NCBI GenBank assembly: GCA_028688325.1 | Contig: JAQTYI010000002.1 | Location: 161,284-225,283, forward strand | Length of the DNA: 64,000 nucleotides | Source: Candidatus Portnoybacteria bacterium | GTDB lineage: Bacteria > Patescibacteriota > Minisyncoccia > Portnoybacterales > GWB1-42-6 | Reading direction: 5' to 3' | In this document: positions 52,936 through 63,241 of the stretch, one piece after another | Layout: every line of letters begins with the position of its first letter | How positions within the stretch are numbered: position 1 is the stretch's first letter | Position numbers and translations under genes: made by a program | Notes under the pieces: model-generated | Told to the model about the DNA's origin: nothing | Seen by the model: only the letters and a program-made list of their open reading frames with translations | Database searches by the model: none

Positions 52936-55740
52936 TTACTTTCCGAACGCCACGCCGTAGAATTTATCGGTCTTCAACTCCCCGCTAAATTTTATCTGCC
53001 GGCCGGAAATCTGCAAATCAGCCGGATATTGCCAATTGATTTTATAATCGGCCGGCAGATTCAGGATGCTTTCCAGACCGCTTGCTATGCTGCCGGACTG
53101 CTTTTGCGCCAGCAAGCTGTAAGTAAAATTCTGTTCCGCCAAGCTGAGTTTGAATGGCAGCAAATATTGATACGATATTTCCACGCTTTCGCCCGGGCTC
53201 ACATATGCCCAGTTGCCAAAAACGGTTTTGCCAGATTCTTCAAAAATTTGCGTGCCGGAATTTTGGTCAGTTTGCATATTGCCTTCCTCTTTGGCCACAT
53301 CCGGGTCGACGGCGAATTTTTGCGCGGCATAATCAATGGGTGCGCTATTTATTTCCAAGGTCTGACCCTGCGCTGAAATAAGCTTTGAGCCCAGCGGAAC
53401 ATAAACCCGCAAATAATCCGCGTTCACCTTGTTATACCAGTCATACTGGCTTTTGCCGCCGTTGTGCGCACGGACGATTTTTACGGTATCGATTATCGAG
53501 CCGTCCGTCTGAATATCCGCAGTATGATAAATTTTCTGGTCGATAACTCTGTCGGTCTTAAAGCCGTTGATATTGGTGTTGATGACGCTCAAATAATCTT
53601 TCTCGGTGGATAATATCTCTCCGGCCCAACCCTGGTCAACAAAAGTTTTTTCCAAAGAAGGATCGGTAAAATAAAACATCGTATGCTTTTGTGCCAGCGA
53701 ATCAACAAGCACTTGCATTATCTCCTGCCCTTTTTGCGGCCAGATTTGCCATAATTTTTCCAGAAACAGCGGCGCAAAATCCGCCAGGATCTTTTTGGGC
53801 TGATTTTGCTGCTTGTCATAATCGACTTCCACCTTGTATTGCGTCAGGTCCAAAAAGTTATTCTGATCCAGGATAATATTGTATTGCGGTAAATTTATAG
53901 GCCCTGTCAGCGCTAAGAGCCGTTCCACCACCGTCGGCGTCAAAGAAATCACGCCATCAACGGTCTGGCCGCCCGCTTTTTCATAAAAACCCATTATTTT
54001 CCTGGTCGAGGTCGGGAAATCCGCGAACCAGTTGGCGTCATGAGTCGACCAAGCCGTGGAAATTTTCTGGATGGGACCGGGCGGCACGACTTTATCATAA
54101 AGCTGGCCATCCAAATTGAATATCCCGTCGATGAACAGGTTCTTCATCCGGCCTTCATCCAAATCCACCACGCCATATGTGCCGATAAATCCCCCCGTGG
54201 GCCGGGCCTCGGAATTGTTCTGAAAGACCAGTAAATATTTTTTGGCGTGTTCATGGCCCAGCACCTCCAAAAATACATTACTCCAATTTTTCAGCTGGCC
54301 AGCAACCTCAAGCAAGGGATGCATTTTTTCTTTGAGCGACGCGATCTGCGGCGCCACATCGGCTGGCAAATCATTAATGTTGACCTTGGCCAAGCTGCTT
54401 CCGGCCGCAGCCAGGGCAATTTGCGCTTTTTCAATCTCACTTTGAGCTTCCGCTATCTTTTGCGTGAGCGAGGGACCGCTCGCGGAAAAATAATCTCCCA
54501 GATTTTGCACCAAAAATATATCGGCTATCTTGGCGAAGCTCCGACCGGCTTTGGCGAAATTTTCCCCTGTATCAACCAGCGCCGCGCCCGACCCGACAAC
54601 CGAACCGCCGGGCAGCTTTTCCAGAACATAAATTATCCCTCGCCCCATTTTATTCAGCTCTTGGTCTGCCGCCAAAAAATTCTGATAGGCGGTTTCAAAA
54701 TCAACGCCGGCAGCGGAGAAATTCAAACTGGAAGCGGAGTCCTTGGCCGCCAGCATGGATTTATAGGCCTGCAAAGCCGAACTCAGGATATTTTCCTTGG
54801 CCAAAAGCCCGCGGCCCGCCAACGACATGCCAAATATTACCAAATATATTATGAATCCCGCGCTCAAAAATCCGGCGCCGCGCCGCGCCGCGCCCCCGGC
54901 CCATTCTTGCGGCTCTTTTCTTTTACCGCTCCAAAATTTCCGGCTGCCGGAAATTAACGGCGCGATCTTTGCTTTATTTTGTTTTTGCCGCCACCTGGCC
55001 AGAAAATCAGATTGTTCAATTCCGTTATCGCTTAAAATAAATTCCGCGCCATCTTCAACCATGATCTCTTCTTTTCCTCCCTTTAAATTAAAAGGGGGCG
55101 GGACGGGATTATCTGCAATTTCGATATTTGATCCCGCTATCGCCATATCCGGTTCGGCCAACAATTCTTCCAGAATATCCGGCTCTTGTTTCGCCCACAG
55201 ATATTGCTCAATGTCGGCGATTTCCGGCAAATCGGCCACCGGCTCAAAAATATTTTCCGGCGCTTTAATATTTTCGACGCCGGCGCGCCAGATGTGATTT
55301 TTCAATAAATTATTTATGGCCTCTATTTCTTCCATTTTCGCCACGATGTCGGCGCGCTCGGGATGAGAAATTTCCAGCGGCTCAAAAATCGCGGTTTTTC
55401 CTTGTCGAAAACGCTTGAAAAGCTCCATTGTCCCGGTCGGATGCTCAACGACGCTTTTTATTTCCAAAGCAGATTTCTTTTTCCGCCCGCGTTTTTGCCT
55501 GATTATTTCTTTTTTAACCGCCAAAAAAACACCCGGCCTGGCCATTCTTAAGTCAACCACGCGACCAACGGAATTGCCTCCCACGATCATTTTCAGCGGC
55601 GCAAAACCGGCCAAGTCCTGTTCGGCTTTTTCCATACCAAAATCGCCATGATTGTTTATTCTTTTATGCCTCATGGAAATATCATATTGCGGTTTCATTA
55701 TACCACGCCGGCAATGTCTCTCAATCCACAAACAGCGCAA
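52936..55740 (-). CDS. DUF4012-like large membrane-anchored extracytoplasmic protein
   Basis: 934 aa (N-terminus probably over-extended; internal starts MEKAEQ / MELFKRF); TM segment (GFLSAGFIIYLVIFGMSLAG); core YLLVFQNNSEARPTGGFIGTYGVVDLDEGRM typical of DUF4012. Confidence 0.55.
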   Translation of the reverse strand: MRCLWIERHCRRGIMKPQYDISMRHKRINNHGDFGMEKAEQDLAGFAPLKMIVGGNSVGRVVDLRMARPGVFLAVKKEIIRQKRGRKKKSALEIKSVVEHPTGTMELFKRFRQGKTAIFEPLEISHPERADIVAKMEEIEAINNLLKNHIWRAGVENIKAPENIFEPVADLPEIADIEQYLWAKQEPDILEELLAEPDMAIAGSNIEIADNPVPPPFNLKGGKEEIMVEDGAEFILSDNGIEQSDFLARWRQKQNKAKIAPLISGSRKFWSGKRKEPQEWAGGAARRGAGFLSAGFIIYLVIFGMSLAGRGLLAKENILSSALQAYKSMLAAKDSASSLNFSAAGVDFETAYQNFLAADQELNKMGRGIIYVLEKLPGGSVVGSGAALVDTGENFAKAGRSFAKIADIFLVQNLGDYFSASGPSLTQKIAEAQSEIEKAQIALAAAGSSLAKVNINDLPADVAPQIASLKEKMHPLLEVAGQLKNWSNVFLEVLGHEHAKKYLLVFQNNSEARPTGGFIGTYGVVDLDEGRMKNLFIDGIFNLDGQLYDKVVPPGPIQKISTAWSTHDANWFADFPTSTRKIMGFYEKAGGQTVDGVISLTPTVVERLLALTGPINLPQYNIILDQNNFLDLTQYKVEVDYDKQQNQPKKILADFAPLFLEKLWQIWPQKGQEIMQVLVDSLAQKHTMFYFTDPSLEKTFVDQGWAGEILSTEKDYLSVINTNINGFKTDRVIDQKIYHTADIQTDGSIIDTVKIVRAHNGGKSQYDWYNKVNADYLRVYVPLGSKLISAQGQTLEINSAPIDYAAQKFAVDPDVAKEEGNMQTDQNSGTQIFEESGKTVFGNWAYVSPGESVEISYQYLLPFKLSLAEQNFTYSLLAQKQSGSIASGLESILNLPADYKINWQYPADLQISGRQIKFSGELKTDKFYGVAFGK

Positions 55741-55796
55741 TAAAAAAGACGGGCGGAGAATTTAAATTCCCGTCCGTCGCGTAAAGAACCGCTTGT

Positions 55797-55952
55797 CAAT
55801 ATGCCTTATCATTTTGCTTCTTATTCCGCCGCCTATTCAGCAAGAGAATAAGAATGGAGGCCAAAATGGCCGCCAAGATCATCGAAAGCGCCACGAACCA
55901 AACCGTGAAATCACCGATTGAAATGTAGGTGTGAAATTCATTGCCTGACATT
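55797..55952 (-). CDS. Small membrane protein (51 aa), not in the ORF track
   Basis: MSGNEFHTYISIGDFTVWFVALSMILAAILASILILLLNRRRNKKQNDKAY; strong SD GGAGGTG 5 nt upstream of the ATG; one TM helix + basic tail. Confidence 0.45.
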
Positions 55953-55965
55953 TTTCACCTCCCGC

Positions 55966-56334
55966 TTACGCCCATTGCAAGTGCGCCGGCCTTCCAATGG
56001 ATCTTATGAAGCTCAACGACCCGTTTTTCCGGCGCGCGTTGAATCGGATCTCGCCGTCGCTGCTCAATGATTCCTTGATCTCCTCGAATGTTTTCAGTTC
56101 GCGCTTTCCATCCTTATCTGAAACCCTTCCTGCCGCCAAGATCTTTCTCTCCCAGCCCCGGCGCAAATTATGTACGAACACGACTACCAGCTCCTCCGCC
56201 AATTCTTTGCCTATCCGGCGAAGCTCCTTTTGTTCTTTTGGGCTGAACATTTTCTTTGCGTCTTCGGCAGCATTCGGGCTGACATGGACCCGATAAACGC
56301 CCTTATCGCGATTGCTCCAAATCTTGATAATCAT
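55966..56334 (-). CDS. Hypothetical protein
   Basis: 122 aa, no recognised motif. Confidence 0.35.
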   Translation of the reverse strand: MIIKIWSNRDKGVYRVHVSPNAAEDAKKMFSPKEQKELRRIGKELAEELVVVFVHNLRRGWERKILAAGRVSDKDGKRELKTFEEIKESLSSDGEIRFNARRKNGSLSFIRSIGRPAHLQWA

Positions 56335-56386
56335 CGCTTCCTTCCTCCTATTTCAAGAACTTCTTGTCCGATTTTTGATGATACCG

Positions 56387-57541
56387 CTACAAAGCCCGGC
56401 CGTCAATGTTCGAATAGACCCCGGCAGTTTCTTCCGCCATCTTGCGCCAAGAGTATTTTTTGATTCGCTCAAAGCCCTGCGCGATGAGTTTTTGGCGTAA
56501 ATTTTCGTCGGTTAAAACTTCGTTGATCTTTTGCGCTATATCGCTGGGATTTTGCGCATCAAAATAATGCGTGGTTTCTCCCAGAATTTCAGGCAGACAA
56601 GTGGCGCTCGACGAGACTACCGGCGCGCCATAAGCCATGGCCTCAAGCGGCGGCAAGCCAAACCCTTCGCAAAGCGACGGAAAAACATACGCTTTGGCGT
56701 TTTGATACAAGGCTTCAAGCTCTTTATCGGGCACGAAGCCGGCAAAAACAACCCCGCCGCCAAAACATATTCCATCGCTGTCGCAATTTTCTTGTTTCAG
56801 TTTTTTATAAAAATAATCCTCGCCGCCGACCAGAACCAGTTCTAGCTCTACATAATTTTTATTCCGTAATATTTTAAAAGCTTCGGCCAGGCGCAGCAAG
56901 TTTTTATGCGGATAGGCATTGCCCACATAAAGCAAGTAAGGTTTTTTAATCTTATATTTTTCTAAAACTCCCCTGCTATCGGCCGTTGGTCCTTTGCTAT
57001 TATCTAAAATCGGCACTCCCTCATAAATTACTCTCACTTTTTCTTCGGGCGCGCCAAACGACCTGATAATGTCATCTTTCACAAATTGCGAAACCGCGAT
57101 GATCTTTTCAGCCCGCGCCAAAACCAAAGAAATCACGATTTTATAGCCGATGCTTTTAAAAAAATATTTAAACCGCCCGAATAACGAGTTCTTGGCGGTT
57201 GGGAATTTCTGCAATATCAAGTCGTGGATCGTCACGACATACGGCTTAAAATAGAGCACCGGCGCGTTAAAATGCGTAAAATGCATCAAGTCAATTTTTT
57301 GGGCATAAATTTTAAAAGGAAAAAATAGCTGCTCGACCAACGAATACCAGCGATAGTCAGCCAACACTTTTTTAAAACGCTGGTTTTTCGGCTGCCATGC
57401 CTTAAAATCAGCCCGCTGCAAAAAAACCGTGTAATCGTTTTGATCATCGTTTTTTTCCAGTTCTTCTATCAATTTTTGCGCATATCGGCCGAGCCCCTTG
57501 GCTTTGGGGCCGAAAAACCGCGCGTCGATGCCGATTCTCAT
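56387..57541 (-). CDS. Glycosyltransferase family 4
   Basis: 384 aa; GT4 motifs (EGFGLPPLEAMAYGAPVVSSSATCLPEILG). Confidence 0.85.
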   Translation of the reverse strand: MRIGIDARFFGPKAKGLGRYAQKLIEELEKNDDQNDYTVFLQRADFKAWQPKNQRFKKVLADYRWYSLVEQLFFPFKIYAQKIDLMHFTHFNAPVLYFKPYVVTIHDLILQKFPTAKNSLFGRFKYFFKSIGYKIVISLVLARAEKIIAVSQFVKDDIIRSFGAPEEKVRVIYEGVPILDNSKGPTADSRGVLEKYKIKKPYLLYVGNAYPHKNLLRLAEAFKILRNKNYVELELVLVGGEDYFYKKLKQENCDSDGICFGGGVVFAGFVPDKELEALYQNAKAYVFPSLCEGFGLPPLEAMAYGAPVVSSSATCLPEILGETTHYFDAQNPSDIAQKINEVLTDENLRQKLIAQGFERIKKYSWRKMAEETAGVYSNIDGRAL

Positions 57542-57553
57542 GGCTTTTAACTG

Positions 57554-58708
57554 TTAGCTTTTAGTTAAAAATTCCAGCGTCTCCTTTGCGCATTTATCCC
57601 AAGAAAAATTTTTCACGCGCTCCAAGCCATTGGCAATCAAATCGTTCTTTAAATTATCATCCCGTAAAACCTCTTTCATCGCCCAGGCGATTTCATCATA
57701 ATTATACGGATCAACCATCAAAGCGCTATCGCCCACCACTTCCGGAAAAGACGAGGTATGCGAAGTGATGGTTGGCACGCCACAAGCCATCGCTTCAAGC
57801 GGCGGAAAGCCGAATCCCTCAAAAAAACTCGGGTAAACAAAAAGCGACGCCAGGTTGAAAAGCCGGGGTTTATCCTGCGGTTCCACAAACCCTAAGAATT
57901 TTATGTCTTTGGCATAAGGCGATTTTTTGGCCGCCGCGAAGATCTCATCGCAAAGCCACCCTTTGCTGCCCGCCAGAACCAAAGTCGGCACCAAATTCAC
58001 GCAGTCCGACTGCGTGAATTTGGTGCGAAAAATATTATAGGCCTCAATAAGCCCAACCAGATTTTTTCTCGGCTCGATGGTGCCAAAATATAAGATGAAA
58101 CTTTCGGGCAGGCCGTATTTTTGCGCTACGCCTCGGCAGTTTTCGTTCGTTATTTTTTTAAATTCCCGACCGATGCCGGAATAAATAACTTTGATCTTTT
58201 CTTCCGGCGCGCCATATAGATCTATCAGGTCATTTTTGGTGGAGCCGGAAACGGCGATTATTTTTTGCGCTTCACGCGTTCGCGCCCGGGGCGCCAGCGA
58301 AGCGTGCCAAAATCGTTTGCGCCAAGAGAAAAATTCCGGGAAATATTCAAATGACAGATCGTGAAAAGTAATAACTTTTTTGCAATCCTTGCTCACTGGC
58401 GCCAATAAAAAATGCGGCGCGAAAAATACATCGCAGCCGCCCAGCAATTTGTCTATTTTGGGCAATCTAAAGAATTTCGCCGCCGGATCAAAAACAAAAC
58501 GGTTGGGAAGGTGAAATTTTTTTAACTCCACATTGGGCAACTTCAGCCAATCATTATTCAGCTCCGCCTGATTAAAGGCATTATAAAAAAGCTTGAATTT
58601 GATGCTTTCATCCAAAGATAAAAGACGGGACAGAAGATTTATGGTATATTCTTCTATCCCGCTGCGCGTTCCTTTTGCCAAAACTCTTAGGTCTATCCCG
58701 ATTGTCAT
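57554..58708 (-). CDS. Glycosyltransferase family 4 (paralog of 56387-57541)
   Basis: 384 aa; [30 protein letters not shown]. Confidence 0.85.
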   Translation of the reverse strand: MTIGIDLRVLAKGTRSGIEEYTINLLSRLLSLDESIKFKLFYNAFNQAELNNDWLKLPNVELKKFHLPNRFVFDPAAKFFRLPKIDKLLGGCDVFFAPHFLLAPVSKDCKKVITFHDLSFEYFPEFFSWRKRFWHASLAPRARTREAQKIIAVSGSTKNDLIDLYGAPEEKIKVIYSGIGREFKKITNENCRGVAQKYGLPESFILYFGTIEPRKNLVGLIEAYNIFRTKFTQSDCVNLVPTLVLAGSKGWLCDEIFAAAKKSPYAKDIKFLGFVEPQDKPRLFNLASLFVYPSFFEGFGFPPLEAMACGVPTITSHTSSFPEVVGDSALMVDPYNYDEIAWAMKEVLRDDNLKNDLIANGLERVKNFSWDKCAKETLEFLTKS

Positions 58709-58718
58709 AAAGTAAACT

Positions 58719-59309
58719 CTATTCGCTAAAATATTCCTTCCCCGTTTTTACAAAAAATCCGAAGATCAAACCGATGAAAAATCCGATCGCGACATTCTGC
58801 CAAATATCGCCGGAATTAGCAATGATAACCGGCTCCCCGCCGATAACAGAAAAAGGCACACCCCGGCCGGAGGTTGAGCTCAGCAGATTTGCCTTATCGC
58901 CCGCCACGCCGATTATGGCATAGCTTGCGGTTTTGGCCTCATCAATGCTGCCCGCCGAGAAACGCACCTCTACTGTCGCCGGTGAAATCTTCACGGCCTG
59001 GAATCTCCGGCTCAGGCCGGCCAGATTTTGGGAACCAGGATCCAAACCGGCGTTTTTATAGATCGCCTGCGCCATTTCCGGCGTCTTAAACCACCCCGCA
59101 ACCGCGCTGCCGAATTCGTCCGATGCCTTAAGCGCATAATAGCTGTCATATTTGTAATCAACGGCATTTTGCGTCCCCGCGCGGGAAATGGTCAAAGACA
59201 GCGACACGCTGAATTTATTCCCGCCTTGCCAGGTAAAAATCCCGGCAGCCAAGGCGACCAGCGCCGCAAACACCAAAATCCACTTATATTCTTCAAAATG
59301 TTTTTTCAT
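58719..59309 (-). CDS. Bitopic membrane protein with Wzz/PCP-like topology (N- and C-terminal TM, periplasmic middle); hypothetical
   Basis: Likely start MKKHFEEYKWILVFAALVALAAGIF (59309), not the upstream Met of the ORF-track frame; C-terminal TM IGFFIGLIFGFFV. Confidence 0.4.
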   Translation of the reverse strand: MKKHFEEYKWILVFAALVALAAGIFTWQGGNKFSVSLSLTISRAGTQNAVDYKYDSYYALKASDEFGSAVAGWFKTPEMAQAIYKNAGLDPGSQNLAGLSRRFQAVKISPATVEVRFSAGSIDEAKTASYAIIGVAGDKANLLSSTSGRGVPFSVIGGEPVIIANSGDIWQNVAIGFFIGLIFGFFVKTGKEYFSE

Positions 59310-59475
59310 GACTCTATTTATAATTATAATAATAGACCCGCCCCATACCTGAATTATACACAAAACCGGCAAAAATCAAAGCCCGCCGGCATCGCGCCAA
59401 ACGGGCCTTGGTAGCAGATAAATAAAACACAAACATCCTTACATACTTGAGAATGTAAGGATGTTTGTGTTTTAT

Positions 59476-62400
59476 TTATTCCACTGTCACATTTTCTTGC
59501 GTTACTGTCGCGCCGTCTTTAATGTCCAAAATTGGCCCATTATAATATAAATAGCTAGTCGTGTCGCGGCTGTATCCGCCATACTTGAATTTAATAAATT
59601 TCAAAGTTGCCTGGCTGCCGCCGGCAAATATAATATTTCTCCATTCGCCCCTTGCAAGATTCGGCTCGCTGACCAGACCGTCGTTGTTGGTGTCACCGCC
59701 TGAAGAATCATCCTTAAAAGATGTAAAAATAATTAAGGTGGAAGACGACTGGCCGTCAGCTACCAAATTTCCGTCAATTTTCAAGGATGGATAAAGCGGG
59801 CAGGCCGCCTTAATCACTGCACCCGGCTCAATGGTCAAAGTGGAACTGGCGGTTACTGTTGGATATTGTGTCCCGATATCAGACCGCAGAATGTAGACAA
59901 TTTCTCGCTGCCAAGTCGTATTTTTTGATAAAACCGTGCGCTCGCTGACATTAACGCCGTTGAAAGAGTTGTTAATCAAATTGTTGCCGGAAAAAACCGG
60001 ATAGGCGCTTTCCAGCCAAACAGCGAATTGAAAACCGGAAATATCATTTGACTCGATCGCCGGCCGGTTTTGATTTTCAATCCTTATCGCCGTGCCGGTA
60101 TTTGCCGAGTTTCTGAAGGTATTGTTTTTAACGATTGGTGCAGACGAGCCAGTAAGATATAAAGCGGTGTCGTTATCCAAAAATTGGGAATCGGACAAAG
60201 TCAAATCGGAGCCGGTTAGCTCCAGGCCGCGGCCTTGAATATTGCGGAAAATGCAGTTATTAATATCTACTTTGGCGCCGTTAACCGCAACCGCCGGAAA
60301 ATTATTGTTGAACGGCGATCGGTACCCGCCGTATTCAAAAGTTACAAAAGACAGCTCGGAATTCAAGGAATCAGGTGCAAAATACAATCCCGTTCCCCAG
60401 TCGCCCGCTTGCGGCGCGACGCTGTTTGAGGTGAATAAAATCGGATTACCGCTCGTGCCTACGGCTTTTACGGCCCCCTTAACATATAAGGAATAAAGGG
60501 TCGCGCTTAATGGCTTTATTGTCGCGCCGGGCTCAATGGTTAAAGTGGCGCCCGCCGACACCATGGGAGATGCCTCATTGGAAGAATATAAAACATAAGG
60601 AGAACCCGCCTTGCCCCAAACGGTATTTTTGGAAATAATCGTATTGTCTCTTACCATGCTGCCGGCGGAAACATTTAGAGCATCGTTTTGGGCATTCGGA
60701 GTGCCGCCGGCAGCCGAAGTGCCCCAGGCCAAAATAAAATCGGAATAAACGCTATTATAATTTATCCTTTCCAAGGAATTGCCATTATCATTGGTGCTCC
60801 TCCAGCTATTTGAATAATTAACTCTGTCAACTATGCTGCCGGCGGCGTTTTTTAGAATTAAATCGTTGCTTAAATTAGTCAAAGATAATGAAGCGGCGCC
60901 ATTTAGAGTTAAGCGAAGATGAGCTTGATCGGACGATGGGATTGCATAATAAGCACCGTCGTAAATTGATGGCGTGGAAGTGCTTTCTGTTCTGTCCGCC
61001 AATAACGCAAAACCGCCAGAAGCAATGACCGTTGAAGAACCGTTATGAATCGTATCGGCGATGACAACATGTTCGCGGCCGTCGGAAACAAATTTCCAGT
61101 TAGCCAAATCTATCGCTATCGGGGAACGATTGTACAGCTCGACATATTCGTAATAGCTGTCCGACCCGGGATTGGGGTCATACATTATCTCGTTAAAAAT
61201 TATCGGTTTTATCGAAACCGGCGCCTGAATTTCTTGCCAAACGCTCGCTTGGCCGGCTGAGTCAACCGCCCGGGCGCGGAAATAATAAACGATATTGTCG
61301 AGATTTGACTGAAAAGATTTTGAAGTGGTGATTGTGGCCATGGCCCAGCTCTGCCAGGCACCCTGTTCGCCTATTTTATATTGCACATCATAATAGCCGA
61401 TATCCGTTGATGAACTGCTCCAGTTTACAGTAAAATCTATATTCATCAGATCATAGCCGGAAAGATCAATGGTTGCTTCCGGCGCAAAATCAATTCTCCA
61501 AGAATATTCGGTTGAAGTGGCGTTGCGGTTGCCGGCCGCGTCCGCGGCTCCAACCTTAAAAGCATGGCTGCCTTCGGCCAAATTGATATATTCTTGCGGC
61601 GAGGAACAATCGGTTGAGCTCGCGTTATCCAACTGGCAGGAAAAAGTTGAATCGCTTTCCGAGGAATTGAATTCAAAAATCGCCGTTGTTGTAGATGCTA
61701 TGCTTTCCGGCTTAACCGTAATCATTGTTTCCGGCGCCGTAGTATCCGGCGTTGAAGTTGCGGTTGAAGTGGCTGTCGGCGACGAAGATAGTGTTGACGA
61801 AAAATTGGACCCGCCGCCGGAAACAGCAACGGAAGGACTCGGATCCGGCATTTGCGCCCGGCTTGGAACCATTTCTTCGATGATCGCAGACGGAATTTCG
61901 CTGTCCTGAGGCGTTGTTTCTTCAATTATCCCCCCTTCTGCTTTTTCCTGCGCCGCAACAGCGCTTGGCGGCAATTGCGCCGCAGCTTTTTCTTCGGCCA
62001 CAATCGTGTTTAACGGCAAAGACGCGGCCGGCGGCAACGATTCCGGCAATACCGGCAATACTGAATTTTTCGGCGCCTCGCCATCCCCGCCAACAGGCGG
62101 GGCCGCGCTCGGCGCCGCATCCACTATAACCCCAGCATACAGCGGCCCGACCTTTGTCAATGACTGATTGGCTTTGTCTTTTAATTTTTGCCACCAGCTT
62201 TTATTATCATATTCCCGCTTGGTCTTTTCCGCTTCATCAAAAAATAATTTCACCGCCCCCGCGCCATAAGATACGGCTTTGGGAGCAAGAAGAGAAAAAT
62301 AGTCGGAGTGGACAGATATTGTATTTGATAAATCCATTAAGTAATGGGTATCACCAAATTTAGATTTTTTATATATTACTAAACAAATTCTATTATCTCC

Positions 62401-63129
62401 AATCTCCTTCTCTATGCATTCATAATTTACACCGTCTTTTATCTTTTCGACTTTTTTTAAACCCAATAAGTAATTTTCCCTAATTGTGTCTCTACTCAAA
62501 AAATTATTACTTGAATAACTCGCCAAATCATCAAAAGCCATATTAATATCACTAATCACTACAGGTACCACATTAAAATTTATGGACGAGCTAATTTTGT
62601 CAACCGCCCATTTTTCATAAGGATCTCCCTCCGGATGCGCGTCCAATCGCGTATGTGCCGGCACAGTTGCATCTTCCAATAAATGTACCACATGTCCAAG
62701 CGCGAAAAATGCTTCTTGGTTATTGCCTTTTACATAGCTATCAATCGCCTTCTGCCAGGTCTGGTTTCCCCCGCTGAGTATAAAAGACGATAACGCTTGG
62801 TAATTAGGGCTTTTCGCCCAATTCTTGGAGTTCATCATACTGCCAAGGCCCATATCGCTTTCCGGATTATAAAAATGATTCAGCCAGCGCGGCGCTAAAT
62901 CTTCTTTTATGCTCCCTTGTTTTAACCATTCTATTTCTTCATTGCTCAATTTGCGGTCAAAATTGGCATTATAAATTTTAGCTACATTATCCGTTAAAGA
63001 CGGGTGCGTAATATCATCATTATACGAAAAAGCTCGGTTGCAAAACGCAACCGAGCCGGCAAATATTGTCGTTAAAATTAATAGAGCTAAAACTTCCTTT
63101 TTATTCGAGACCATCACCCTTGATGTCAT
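59476..63129 (-). CDS. Giant secreted multidomain protein: N-terminal zinc-dependent phospholipase C-like domain, Pro-rich linker, FN3/Ig-like region, lamin-tail domain (LTD) and C-terminal right-handed beta-helix repeats
   Basis: 1217 aa; signal peptide; HVVHLLEDATVPAHTR (PLC-like Zn-site); IIFNEIMYDPNPGSDSYYEYVELYN (LTD signature); repeated NNxF/N-rich parallel beta-helix turns (NNTFRNSANTGTAIRIENQ, SGNNLINNSFNGVNV). Confidence 0.7.
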   Translation of the reverse strand: MTSRVMVSNKKEVLALLILTTIFAGSVAFCNRAFSYNDDITHPSLTDNVAKIYNANFDRKLSNEEIEWLKQGSIKEDLAPRWLNHFYNPESDMGLGSMMNSKNWAKSPNYQALSSFILSGGNQTWQKAIDSYVKGNNQEAFFALGHVVHLLEDATVPAHTRLDAHPEGDPYEKWAVDKISSSINFNVVPVVISDINMAFDDLASYSSNNFLSRDTIRENYLLGLKKVEKIKDGVNYECIEKEIGDNRICLVIYKKSKFGDTHYLMDLSNTISVHSDYFSLLAPKAVSYGAGAVKLFFDEAEKTKREYDNKSWWQKLKDKANQSLTKVGPLYAGVIVDAAPSAAPPVGGDGEAPKNSVLPVLPESLPPAASLPLNTIVAEEKAAAQLPPSAVAAQEKAEGGIIEETTPQDSEIPSAIIEEMVPSRAQMPDPSPSVAVSGGGSNFSSTLSSSPTATSTATSTPDTTAPETMITVKPESIASTTTAIFEFNSSESDSTFSCQLDNASSTDCSSPQEYINLAEGSHAFKVGAADAAGNRNATSTEYSWRIDFAPEATIDLSGYDLMNIDFTVNWSSSSTDIGYYDVQYKIGEQGAWQSWAMATITTSKSFQSNLDNIVYYFRARAVDSAGQASVWQEIQAPVSIKPIIFNEIMYDPNPGSDSYYEYVELYNRSPIAIDLANWKFVSDGREHVVIADTIHNGSSTVIASGGFALLADRTESTSTPSIYDGAYYAIPSSDQAHLRLTLNGAASLSLTNLSNDLILKNAAGSIVDRVNYSNSWRSTNDNGNSLERINYNSVYSDFILAWGTSAAGGTPNAQNDALNVSAGSMVRDNTIISKNTVWGKAGSPYVLYSSNEASPMVSAGATLTIEPGATIKPLSATLYSLYVKGAVKAVGTSGNPILFTSNSVAPQAGDWGTGLYFAPDSLNSELSFVTFEYGGYRSPFNNNFPAVAVNGAKVDINNCIFRNIQGRGLELTGSDLTLSDSQFLDNDTALYLTGSSAPIVKNNTFRNSANTGTAIRIENQNRPAIESNDISGFQFAVWLESAYPVFSGNNLINNSFNGVNVSERTVLSKNTTWQREIVYILRSDIGTQYPTVTASSTLTIEPGAVIKAACPLYPSLKIDGNLVADGQSSSTLIIFTSFKDDSSGGDTNNDGLVSEPNLARGEWRNIIFAGGSQATLKFIKFKYGGYSRDTTSYLYYNGPILDIKDGATVTQENVTVE

Positions 63130-63214
63130 CCCGGGCTTGACCCGGGATCCATGCTCTGGATTCCCGCTTTCGCTCGCCTCGCTGGAGCTTCGGCGAAGCG
63201 GGCGGGAATGACAA
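63124..63214. mobile_element. Palindromic element, longest copy (first family)
   Basis: tgtcatcccgggcttgacccgggatccatgctctggattcccgctttcgctcgcctcgctggagcttcggcgaagcgggcgggaatgacaaa. Confidence 0.7.
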
Positions 63215-63241
63215 ATTTAGTTTTTTTGGTATTCCTCACTT

